In this document: positions 26,698 through 39,639 of the stretch, in pieces
Layout: each line of letters starts with the position of its first letter
How positions within the stretch are numbered: position 1 is the first letter of the stretch
From: Takakia lepidozioides
Lineage: Eukaryota > Plantae > Bryophyta
Direction of reading: 5' to 3'
DNA: 64,000 bases
Assembly: GCA_030704615.1 (NCBI GenBank)
Contig: CM060733.1
Location: forward strand, 31,620,001-31,684,000
Position numbers and translations under genes: made by a program
The notes under the pieces: model-generated
What the model was told of the DNA's origin: nothing
Seen by the model: the letters and a program-made list of their open reading frames with translations, nothing else
Database searches by the model: none

Positions 26698-29483
26698 GCT
26701 TACACTAGGTCAAATACCGGTGACTCTGACTTTCTCTTTAGTCTGGCTGTATATTTGGGCTCTGACACAACAGCATGCAAAATCCTGTATTTCTGACCAA
26801 CAAGCTACTTTGGTTCAAAACTCTGTTGTGTCAAACTTTTGAAGCCAAGGTTAGAATGACTCCTATTAGTTTCAGGAGTTATAAATTGGTCTTGGATAGT
26901 GGCTGAGACGAAATGAGGCAACCATAAGAAAACGAAACCATATCCTTGAAGCTCAGAATCCATATAGTTGAAATTGCAAGCTGAACAGTCTTCCCTTCGA
27001 CAAAGCATTCCGACCTAGGGACAGGCTCGGACCGGCTCATACATGCCTTCAGTCACATTGTTGGGTCTCCCCTGCCCATGCAACCTGACTCCTGAGACAC
27101 ATCCAACAACAGCAGTGTGGGAGCAGTGTAAGAATACATATGCAAGGCTTCATAATGAAAATGTTGGAGTAGCTCTGGTGTAGGTGATCACATAACTCCA
27201 TCTTTCTTGAGTTCTACTAACAAAAACTCGACCCTCAAAAGAAATGATTTCCATTAGCTGTACTGCATACAGTCATTCACCCCTGCAACCCTTCTTGTGG
27301 GGCAAAGCAAGGGAGAACTCAAGAACTGAAGAAATGAACTTCATAATGCCCACCAAAAGCCCCAAGAGAGGAGACGCATACCCCGCACATTAGTCTTGGA
27401 CACTTCACATTCATGCTCCCACAAGCATGAGGTCAAACTCGTGAACAAACCACAGCAGCGGTAAAGCCACTGTAAGTCGAGTTGGCCATAAGCAGTGATC
27501 TCGGAGCCTTCTCGCAGTGTCTTGGCAATTGATTATCAGTTCAGTTGCTTGGCCTAGGCTCCAGCTAGAATGTGTTGTTAGGTGCAAATGTTTAATTAAG
27601 CTTTACTTCAGCATTCTAGACCTCACACCTAACATGACATGACCGACACAAAGGCCACTTCATTTACATCCTTGTTCAAACTAACTTCAAACTAGGTTCA
27701 CGACCTTAATTTATGTTAAATTGAGTTTAATAAACTCCAACGTTGATATGAAACTACAACTCTAACATACAATATGCCCAACGACTTCAGAGTCGGGCAA
27801 AGACGATCTTGTAACTCTCCATGATACACGGTGCGGGCAGCTGCGTTGTGATACATTGGGCCAAGTTGCACCAGTCACTTGTAAACTGGGCCCACAGGAC
27901 TACCGCTAGGCAGTTATCTCCCATTCTAGTCTCAACAAAGTTTATTCCAAGATCAAAACACTGACAGCAACCCCGCTTGATCAATTCCTGGAGCAGCTCT
28001 TCCCTGCCAATGCCAGCAGTCCAAATACGTGAGCTAACAAGCCCAATTGTGTGCATGTGAGAGAGAGAATTGGAATGAAATGAAATGGTAGTTTATAACA
28101 TCCAAATTGCTTTATAACATCCACAGAGAGAGAAGAAAGAAAATAAGAAAAAGTTGGTACTGTCCAGTGAAGAAAAAGAAAACAAAACCTCATAACATTC
28201 AGCACAGACGGCCCTGAGGGTCCATGAGACAAAGAGAACTCCACGGAAGGCCCAGGGCCTACAGATCTACAGGCCCCTAAAGTTGAATCACTGAGAGAGA
28301 GACAATAAAGAAGCATCTGGGAGGACCCAAGAAAGATGATGTACTCATTGATGTTCCCTATCAATGGTGGCTATGGCATATCTTCGAGGATATTAAAAAG
28401 AAGAACAAAAGAGAAATCATCATGGCAAGGGAAAGGAAAGGAGGGAGGGCAAGACAGAGGATGAAGAAAACAATTTGGGTCCCAGGTGGGGCCCAGTAGG
28501 CCCATTAGACCAAATAGAACAGCACAGCTGACTTAACACCCTAGACTACGGTGTGTTCATGAGAGGGAGAGATGCCAACCCATGTACACCAGACCCAATG
28601 ACCACATAAACATATGAAGCTGAAGTCCACCAATTCCTCCAAACCCAACAGACACATGCCCCACATTTAGCAAATAGCTCAAGTAGGAATTCCAGCAGCT
28701 CAGGGATCAAAAATTGCGGGGTGCTGAAGGCCCTTGTTGCTCTAGTAGCTGTTAGCATAGAATCAAAGCAGTAGGGACCTGCTTATACCTCAACTCTATC
28801 CCCTGCCTTCTTGCATCCACCGCCTGCTTGCTCAGTTGGCGACCATGTCTTTGGAAACATACAGCTGTCTGATCCTGACCGGAAAACAGGTTTGGGGGTC
28901 TCCTCGCAAACATCATGCTGCTGAAGCATTGTACCAACATGGGAACAATAATCCACCTATATTGAAAGAAGGAGACATCACCAATGGTAAGCCCACAATG
29001 TGTTGTTTGGATTGCTCGCATTTAGAACAGGGAGCAGGAACTGTAACAACCCAAACAACAAAGCATATATTTCCAGCATAATAACACAATTTGGCATGTC
29101 TTGCTACTTACTTCATAGGACCACCAGCATTTTGTGAAATAAATCACTTTTTACCAAAAAACAATATTAGGCAGGATATCCCCCCATGTAAACACCAAGC
29201 AACAAAGTGATTGAGCTTTTCCCCCTGCACTGATCACATTTATGACCTTGACTATGGTGCTAGCTTTGCATAGGCTTTCATCTCTCATTTGCTGTCCACA
29301 CTCTGCTGTTCATACAAAACTCCAAATCCAGAATTTTGCTATGAGTGCACGTACAGAAGATCCCTGACCCACAGTATCTTCCAATAGCATGACCTCACCC
29401 ACAACCAGATTGAGAGGAAAGATGGCTATGTATCAAAATTAAACATCTATTCACATAGAACTTCCAAACAAGAAGCAAACAGA

Positions 29484-32303
29484 TCACCATACCTCACTAT
29501 GCTGCCCCTTGCAAGTATTTCCAATGGGCCTAGGGCTCAGTACAAGCTCTTCTACTCTCCCTTCCGCATTATTAGGGAGACTGCAGGCTTTTTTAAGCTT
29601 TCGCCGGCTTACCACCTCAACCTCTGCAATGAAACTTGCAGTCACTGGGCGGTGATCAGACATCACTGAGTCTCCGCATGTGTATGACAGCTCTCTTAAG
29701 CCTTTCCCATACCACAGGATGCGGTCACACCTGCATGTGCACACATTTGAAATTCTCATCAGTTGCTTAAGGATTCCAACTCAACCAGGTGTGTTTGATG
29801 AGAATCACTCTTATAATGAATCGCTCCACCAATCTCGGAACCCAGTTCATCTGCCACTAGAAGCTATCTTCATGAAAAACAGTTTTTTTGAAACCAACTA
29901 GGAGCTTTGATGTATATAATGGGTGTTGTCGTTAAGATTTTGGACTCAGAATTTTGAGTTTTGCAGGATGGCACATTTGAATCAGGCGCAGTTGTTTGGC
30001 ACAATGATCCAGCACATTTGAATTAATAACTTGAGATAGCATGTACTCAAAAGACATTGTTTGCCGTAGCCTGGTGGCCACAGACCCCAAGCCCAGTTTG
30101 GGCAGAACAAAAGCGAACAGACACTACCGTTGTGAGGGGCTCACTCCAGTAGTGTGTGGGCTGCCCAGCAATAAACCTCAACAGGGCCAGGGCTTTAGGC
30201 TCAGCCTCAAGATTTTCAAAGTTGGTGAACAGAGGTGCAGGAACAACGTTCTTGACATTCCTGCAATTAATTACTTAAGACAGAATGTAAACATAAGACG
30301 TTGTTTGCAGTGTGGCCATAGACATTACTTAAGACAGAGAGATGTACTCATAAGACTTTGTTTGCCGTAGCCTTTTAATGTCAGGAAATCTCCTCCGCCA
30401 TTGTGTGGTTGGAGATAACCATGACTTAAGACAGAGAGAGAGAATGTACTCAGAAGACGTTGTTTGCCGTATAGCTTGACAGAGAGAGAGAATGTACTCA
30501 TAGGACGTTGTTTGCCGTAGCCTTGTGGCCTTTGACCCCACGCCCAGTTTGAGCGGAACGAGAGAGAGAGATGACGCCAACCAAAGTCAGCATAAATAAA
30601 AGGGCGTAGAACCCCCTTTCGTACCTAATACACAATATCTACAGTATCAGTCTGTTAAATATTTAGCTGTCTGGTTCTATGTAATCTGTTTTGTCATGCT
30701 TAATGTTTGCAAACAGTTGGCCTGCACAAAGATTGACAGCTCTTCTGCAAAAAGTTTACCGCTCAACACTCTCAGAAACATCAACCCATGCTGATAACCA
30801 GCCTGCTCTACAACATATTGAGGTACCAGTAAAGGGCAGGTGACATCAAGACCACAAAGAGAAGAACTGACTGAAACTGTCTGTCATATTTACCAAGCAG
30901 GTGTTCGTCGCTTATCTCCAGGCTTGGCTATCTTTCCAAAGTAGCGATCTGAATTGAGCACAAATTTATAAGTTGGAGGGAAATAAATGCCGCCCTCATG
31001 CCAGCCCTCAAACACACGCCTGGAGCTTCGCTCAAGCTTAAGCTGTTTCAAAGAGTACAACCGGTATCAGACATCTGATTGAGACAAAATAGATCCTTTA
31101 ATGGCACTTCTACAGCCTGGCCTGCTGGATTTGGTTTATGAAGGAGGCCACAGTACTCACTTTCCCCTTTTCAAGGATTGCTGGAAATACTTCTCAAGCA
31201 TGTCAAAATTAAGAGTAGTACTGCCATTACCTCTCTGAATCAAACAGGTTCAAATTTCTGTATCAGTAGTAGAAGGTGAGTTAGCAACAAGAACAGAGGT
31301 TATTTTGCTCAACACAGTTCGTTCGAGATGTCAAAAACATACATATTTTGAACCAAAAGCAATTTAAACAATACCTGATCTTTTTGTAGAAGAAACTCCC
31401 AATCACCTTCACTAACTGCTTCCCATGTCTCTTTATCTGACGCAGCAATACGATAGTTCAAATCTCCCAGCCATATAATTCGACTGCATAATGGTTCACA
31501 GGCCATGTGCCCAGCAGACACACATGGTCCAGCTCATCAGTGATCACATCTCTTTCTTCTGTTTTCTTTTTTCTCTCTCGCTCACTCTATCTGTCACAGG
31601 ACAACATCTTATGAGTACATTATATCCCTCACAGGGCCTCCTAGGGATGTAACAATTTTGGTTTCTTTCGTTTCAAGTTTCTTCTTTTCACTTCTAAGTT
31701 TCTTAAAACTGAAGAACGCTTCTTCTTTTATTGCCCTCTGTACTATGAGATCTGTGGGAGATTCCACTGTCTATGCCGTGGGACTCAATCTCTCACTGAA
31801 GTCTTCCATTATGAGGATCAGAAATGATTGGCAGCTTACCTGCACAAGGCCTTGACCCTTAGGCAATCCCTTGAGCAGTAGTTGCTTTTGGGCTGCTTTT
31901 TGACTTTGGTTTCGTCTCCTCTCTCTTGTTCTTTTCCATTTTATCCCATAAGCTCTTTGAGCTTTCCGCGGACGTTATAAAGTACCATTTCTTTCTTTCG
32001 CCCTTGTTCCCTTTCCCCTTTCTAGAGACAGTATGACTCGAACTTCATATCTGTAGCCAAACTGGGGACTAGGGCAGTAGTGCTAGAATCATGTTGGTGT
32101 ATTCTAGCATGGTGTCTCCATCTGCCCATATACATAAGGACTCCCCTGTAACTGGATCGGTGTTGGCTGTAGGTCGGAAATGGAAAGTTCATGCTGAGCT
32201 TCCATACTGAGGGGCAGACATCCCAATACTGGCACAAGAGTGTTCATATGCTGTGGGGGCTAAGTCCTCAGCCATAGCCCACCTTCGCAGGGCACAGCAA
32301 AAG

Positions 32304-32339
<36 letters not shown>

Positions 32340-35300
32340 GTCCTCTAGGAAGCCTATTGACATTGGGTGGACTTGAAACGGGAGTACATTAATGTCTCTG
32401 TGACTAAATGCCGGCCTTGTGACCTCGTGTCCTTGTTTGTTTCGACCTGAAGCGCTTAGCTTCAGGTAACGTAGTGCATTGGATTTAGTTGGAAATCTTG
32501 GGGCCTTTCCCTCTTTAGAATATGCCTACACGGGCCATTCCCTGCAACTCCCTGGAGTGTGATCTCTGAATGGTAACAAGCGGACTCCTACCGCTTGGGG
32601 GCAGCCCCTCCGCCCAAATTGGGCAGTCGTATGCTCTGTCTAGCATACTCGGCACTTGGGCTCGGGTTGGTTCCTGTGCTTAAACTTATGGCCTGCGAAA
32701 ACAATCAAAAATTTAGCTCCTATCAACATCAACACTCCTCAGGGTGATCCCTGGGAATTGGTTACTTATGCCAAATCTAGGGCTTCATGTGTAGTTTTTG
32801 GGGTGAATCCCAGGATGGACGATGTGTCCTTTAAAACTACATGCTCTAGCTTAGGCTTGGATTTCATGGCTAATGGTACCATCTCGAGACTTGATAACAG
32901 GGGTACGTTGAAGGTTGCAATGACCAAAAGTGCTTCTAATAGAGTCCCGCATCAATTCAATCTCAAAGAAGTTCGTCCCTTGACTGGTTGGAGAGCGGTC
33001 TTAGACATTGGTGATTCAATGGGGCGCTCTAGGAAGACAACCAAGGGCAACAACTTCAACTTGAGAGTTTCTAATCGGTTTGACGCTCTGGATGAGGTTG
33101 AATCCAAACAGCCAGAAGGACAAGATGCCCCTAAGTGTACGGAACCTGAACGTCCTGAATCTGAAGGATTTGGTACTCTGAATGGTTTACCAATCCTCAA
33201 GGTTTACACAAGACGAACAAATTCTATACACGGGGTAATTGTCCCCAAGCCGTCAGATGGACAATCTGACTCTAAGTGTGCAGAGCCTGAAGGATTTGGT
33301 ACTCTAAATGGTTTACCAATCCTCAAAGTCTACACAAGACGAGCAAAATCTATACACGGGGTAATTGTCCCCAAGCAGTCTGACGGACAATCTGCCCCTA
33401 TGTGTGCGGAGCCTGTGCGTCGTGTAACTGAAAGATTTGGTACCCTGAATGGTTTACCAATTCTCAAAGTTTACACAAGACGAGCAAAATCTACACATGG
33501 GGTAACTGTCCCCCCTTTGCAGAACAGTTGGCCGTCCAGGAGCAATCACAAGCTACCTAGACGACAAACAATTCACACGCAAAGGGCTGGCTTGCGGCTG
33601 GCCACTTTCAACTTCTCAGGGTTGACCAACCAAAGGAAACAACTTGAAGTGGGACAAGTTCTTCGGACTAATGATATTCATATCTGTGCTGGGCAAGAAA
33701 CATGGGAAACGTCGGATAAACTGGTTGGAGATGTCATTGGTTATAAATGGGCAGGTAAGATGTGTACTCTCAAGGCAGCCTCTGCCAAACGCGGTCAAAA
33801 AGGGGTCGGATTCTTTGTCCGTGATTTCTTGTTTGACAATTGTGAAATTATCAACAAGGGTTTGAGGTACGAGCATAGTATCTGGCTAAAACTGAATTTG
33901 AAGGGCGGCGTGAGTACAAAGGACCTCTTTGTTGGTTGTGTTTACATGCCCACAGAGGGGACCCTTAGTGCTGATGCAGACAAGGCCTTCGAAGATGTAA
34001 AGCTGGACTGTGCTTCGTTCCTTGCCAAAGGTCAGGTGGTACTATTGGAGGACTTCAATGCCCGGGTGGGCAAAGGGATCCATCAGGACGATATCATTGG
34101 ACCTTTTGGTGAGGACGAGCTGAATTCTAATGGCAGACGGTTAATTAACTGTCTAGAAGAGCTTCAGCTTTTGACCTTCCCCAAACTGGGGAACGTTCCA
34201 TTGTGGACTATATCATAATGGACAAAATTTTGTTCCCCCAGTGTGCCAATGTGTTGATCGACAGAACTGATATTGGTACCTCTGACCACTTCCTGGTTTG
34301 GACTGAGATCAAAAGGTGTTTTCCCACCACCAAGAGATCTGTGAAACGTTCGATTCGGAAGTGGCGCATAGAAAAATTCCACAATGAGGAGGTCAAGGCT
34401 GAGTACGTCCAGGCCTTGCAAGAGGCTCTCCCTCATTTTGTCCAATCGCTCCAAGAACTTCAGTCATGCTCTGTTAACGCAAGAAATGAAGTCGAAAGAG
34501 CAGTGGACTCTTGGGAGAGTTTCGTTTCCTCCGTGGCTGACAAGATCATTGGGAGGAAACTAATTGTCTGCGGTAGAGCAGTTAATTGGTGGACTAATGA
34601 GATTAAACTCAAGATAGCTGAGAGATGAGCCCTCTATAAAGAGTGCTGCAATTTGGAAACCAACAGGAATTGTGGGCGAGGTACTACCAGCTCCGTAAAG
34701 ATATCAATCAGCTTGTTAGGTCTCAGAAGAAATTATACTGGGACAAGTTATACAGTGAAATAAACTCAAACCACCATGGTGGTAATGACAAGAAATTCTG
34801 GTTGGCCCTTCAACGTTTGTACAAACCGAAAAACGGTCAGCAAGTACAAGCGCTGAAGACTACTAAAGGTGCAGTGGTGACTTCATCGGTTGACATTGTC
34901 AAAACCTTTGAAACTCACTACAGTATCCTTGGCAGAACTTCTAGGTCTAACAGTGAGGGGTCTTCTGCTGAATGGAGGGACACAGTTGGAAAAACTGTTC
35001 CTATGATTCAAAACAGCCCTGATGAACTGGAGTATATTTCAATGGCTTATAATGCTCCCATTAGTTCTTCTGAGATTGTGGAAGCAATTGAACATTTAAA
35101 TGGATATAAAGCTGGTGGACCTGATGGTATTGTCAACGAGCTTATCAAGCACGGTGGCGATCCCATGATAGAGGCCCTAGTTCTCCTCTTTAACCTTATC
35201 TGGAAGACTGAAATGATCCCCTTTCGCTGGCGACAGGGGGTCATTGTCAATCTATACAAGAAGGGTGACAGAGAAGAACCGGGGAACTACCGTGGCATCA

Positions 35301-37106
35301 CGCTCCTCAATGCTGTTGGCAAGACATTCTGCAGAGTTATAAGTACTCGTCTCGAGGTTGATCTGGAGTCTAGAGGTTGTTTCCACGAAGGCCAAGCTGG
35401 CTTTCGGCGAAACAGGGGCTGTGTGGATTATCCAGGGAAGGAAAAAAGAAGGGAAACCCACTTATGTCTTTTTCCTGGATGTCAAAAAGGCTTATGACAC
35501 AGTGTGGAGAGATGGCCTATGGTTCCGCCTCTGGTCTTGTGGGATCAAGGGAAAGATGTGGAGAGTTGTCCACAACTTGTATGCTCACACCAAAAGCTGT
35601 GTCACTGTTAACGGACAGAAGTCCAACTTCTTTGACATAGACCAAGGTGTAGCTCAAGGATGTACTCTCTCCCCTCTGCTCTTCAATGTTTTCATCAATC
35701 AACTCTCAAGGATGTGGAAAGTGAGGGATTTGGGTTAAGGGTGGGTGATACCACCATACCAGCCCTTATGTTTGCGGATGACTTCGCAGGCATAGGGGAG
35801 ACTCCAACCAATCTCCAGGAGTTGATTGATTGCGCGAAGAGATACTTTGATCTTTGGGGGCTAGAGGCTAATGTCAGCAAATGTGCAGTGGTAGCATTCA
35901 ACGACAGAGGAGAGGGAGGAAGTGATCTTAAGTGGCAGTGGGGTAGCCAAGAGATCCCGGTCCTCCCTTCCTACACTTACCTGGGCGTTGAGTTCTCCTC
36001 CAATTGTAATTGGGATGCACATATCCGGAAAGTTGTTCAAACTGGCAAGGGCAAAGCTCTGGGGCTCACTAAATTTTTTCCACTGCAGAGGGGTCAACTC
36101 TGAGGTCAAGAAAACCATGCTTTGTCGCGTTATTAGACCTGCCTTGGAGTACGGATCTGCTATATGGGTTGATAACTCCAACCAGGCTAAGTCTCTAGAA
36201 TCCATTCAAGTGGGGGTGCTTAAGGAGTGTATGTCAGCATGCTCCAAAACAGCCAATGTGGCTGTTCGGGGTGAGTTTGGCATTCCGTCCTTAAGCTCCC
36301 GACGAGATGAATTCAAGGTCAGATGGTGGGGTCAGCTGCAACATATGCCAACACCAGATATCCTAATTAATCGACTCTATCTTGGAAACAGGACCGCCCT
36401 GTCAAACAGGCTAAGTCCTGGCAGAAGAGAGTAGAAGAGATCCTCAAGGACCTGGACCTGGATCCGCAAGTCTTGACCCTGCTGGATAAATCTGACTTAG
36501 AGGCTGTAGTGTCCTCAGCCATGTCTGTTGCCATGAGATTTCTGATGAAAATGAAGTTAGGCAGAAAACTTCCCCTGAACTTGTTTCCAGTGTGACGTGG
36601 GGGAGGACATCTTGGATGACCTCAAGGGTCTACCCACTCTCGGCACTAGACTGAAATTTAAACTCAGGGCAGGAAGCCTACCTTTGAACAGCAAACAGAA
36701 GCAGAGAGGAAAGGGAGAGTGCAATTGCCCGTTGTGTGGGCAATCTGAAGACAGTATTCATTTTCTGATACACTGTCCGGGGTTCTCTCACCAAAGAGAC
36801 GCTCTCTTCAAATCTATTAAGGGAATTGTGCCTGTACCCCTGTTTACCAACTTTGAAAGTCTCGAGGCTGAGCCAAAAGCCCAGGCCCTCCTGAGGCCTA
36901 GTTTTGGGCAAATCACACACAGCAGATTGATGCTTGTGTGAAGGGATTTCTAGAGGATATCTGGAAAACCCGGATTAATTCTTTATATGGAGGTAAGTCT
37001 TACTACCAACGTCAGCCCCTGACAGAGGTAGGTTCTGTCCCTTTTGTTCCCGCTCAAACTGGGCGCGGGGTCAATGGCCACAAGGCTACGGCAAACGTCT
37101 TATGAG

Positions 37107-37145
<39 letters not shown>

Positions 37146-39602
37146 CTCTTCTCTCTAAATAAAGCACCATTTCATTTCATTTCATTTCTCTCTCTCTAAA
37201 GGGAAACCCACTTTTCTCTTTTTCTTGGATGTCATAAAGGCTTATGACACAGTGTTGAGAGAGTCTATGGGTCCGACTCTGGTCATCTGGGATCAATGGA
37301 AAGATGTGGAGAGTGGTCCATAACTTGTCAAGCTGTGTCATGGTTAATGTACAGAAGTCTAACTTCTTTGACATAGACCAAGGTGTAGCTCAAGGATGTA
37401 CCCTCTCCCCTCTGCTCTTCAATTTTCATCAGTCAACTCCTCGAGGATGTGGAAAGCGAGGGATTTGGGTTAAGGGTGGGTGATGCCACCATACCAGCCC
37501 TTATGTTCGCGGATGACTTCGCAGGCATAGGGGAGCCTCCATCCAATCTCAAGGAGTTCATTGATTGCGCAAAGAGATACTTTGACCTTTGGGGACTAGA
37601 GGCTAACCTCAGTAAATGTGCAGTGGTGCCATTCCACGACTGAGGGGAGGGAGGAGGCGATCTCAAGTGGCAGTGGGGAGCCAAGAGATTCCGGTCCTCC
37701 CTTCCTACACATACCTTGACGTTGAGTTCTCCTCCAACTGTAATCGGGATGCACATATTCAGAAAGTTGTTCAATCTGGCAAGTGCAAAGCGTTGGGTCT
37801 CACTAAATCTTTCCACTGCAGAGGGATCAACTCTGGAGTCATAAAAACCATTGAGTACACATCTGCAGTATGGTTGATCCATTCAAGTGGGGGTGCTTAA
37901 GGAGTGCATGTCAGCATGCTCCAAAACAGCCAATGTGGCTGTTCGTGGTGAGTTTGGCATCCCTCCCTTAAGCTCCCGACGAGATGAATTCAAAGCCAGA
38001 TGGTGCCAGTTGCAACATATGACTAATATCAGATATCCTAAGTTAATCAACTCTATATCCTGGAAGCAGGATCACCCTGTCAAACAGGCTAAGTCCAGGC
38101 GGAAGAGAGTAGAAGAGATTCTCAAGGATCTGAATCTAAGTCCACAAGCCTTGACTCTGCTGGATAAATCTGACTTCGAGGCTGTAGTGTTCAAAGCCAT
38201 GTCTGTTGCCATGAAATTGACTGATGAAAATGAAGTTAGGCAGAAAACTTCCCTGAACTTGTTTCCAGTCTGTGACATGGGAGAGGCCATCATGGATGAG
38301 CTCAAGGGTTTACCCACCCTCAGCACTAGACTAAAGTTTAACTGGGGGCGGGAAGCCTATCTTTGAACAACAAACAGAAGCAGAGAGGAAAGGGGGATTG
38401 CAAATGCCCGTTGTGTGGGCAACCTGAAGACAACACTCACTTTCTGATTCATTTTCCTGGGTACTCTCACCAGAGACGTCCTCCTCAAATCCATCAAGGG
38501 AATTGTGCCTGTACCTCTGTTAACCAACTTTGAAAGTCTCAAGCCAAATGCCCAGGCCCTTATTGGGCAAACCACACACAGCAAAATGATGCTTGTGTAA
38601 AGCGACTTCTAGAGGATATCTGGAAAACTCGGATCAATTGTCTGTTCCAAGGTAAGCCATACTACTGGTGTCAGCCCCTGACAAAGGTAGTTTCTGTCCG
38701 TGTGTGTTGCGCTCAAACTGAGCGCGGGGTCAATGGCCACAAAACTACAGCAAACAACGTCTTATGAGTACATTCTCTCCCTCACAAAGGTAGTTTCTGG
38801 TCCCTTTTGTGTCGCCCATACTGGGCACGGCATCTATGGCCACAAGGTTACAGCAAACAACATCTTATGAGTACATTCTCTCTCTGCACCTGGCAAGTCC
38901 CACTACTGGACTGAGACCCTTTTGATCCGCCCAAACTGGGCACAGGGTCTGTGGCCACAAGGCTACAGCAAACAACATCTTATGAGTACATTCTCTCTGC
39001 ACATCTCTATACATATATATTGCTCTCACGAGAGCATTTGCGTGTGAGAGAAAACATGCACCATTATAGATAAACTTACGATACTGGTATACCATCCCTA
39101 CTAGAATTGACACCCCTGACCCAGAACCACACAAGTCAGCAGCCACACCCCCTGCTGTGCCTCATTTTGTACATTACAAAAGGAAAGTGCTAGTCCAATA
39201 TTTCAAAAATCCTCAAAAATGTGTACTTACTCATGTGCCATTATTGTCTCAGGGAGCTCTATTCCCGAAAGCTTGACTGAACGAGGGAAAGTGGTCCGGC
39301 GCAAAATCTCAGCGACATCAGCATTCCTCCGAAGTTCGTCTCCTTCATTGTGACCGGAAGTCAAGTGCGTACACACAAAGCAAAAGCTGGTTTGATGGAT
39401 AGACAGGCTGACGGAGACAGCCCCCTGTGAGTACAATGTCACAAACATCTCTCTTCAGCTGCAACTTGTATAAGAGATCTCACGAGCAATAGTGCAAATT
39501 CACCTTAGGCACTGTCTAGCAGGCCATTCAGCCTACCCACCAAGAGAGAATGTACTCATAAGACTTTGCTTGCCATAGCTTGTGGCCATAGACCCCGCGC
39601 AC

Positions 39603-39639
<37 letters not shown>

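Noticed and set aside
28546-29040. Possible DIRS/LINE RNase H remnant on the minus strand (MRAIQ..GIELRYKQVPT)
   Set aside because: Catalytic residues are not recognisable; too decayed to call.
37060-37112. Hammerhead or HDV-like ribozyme in the family B 3' end (CTTATGAG, GGCAAAC)
   Set aside because: No CUGANGA/GAAA core with three stems, and no P1-P4 nested pseudoknot could be drawn; an Infernal search would settle it.
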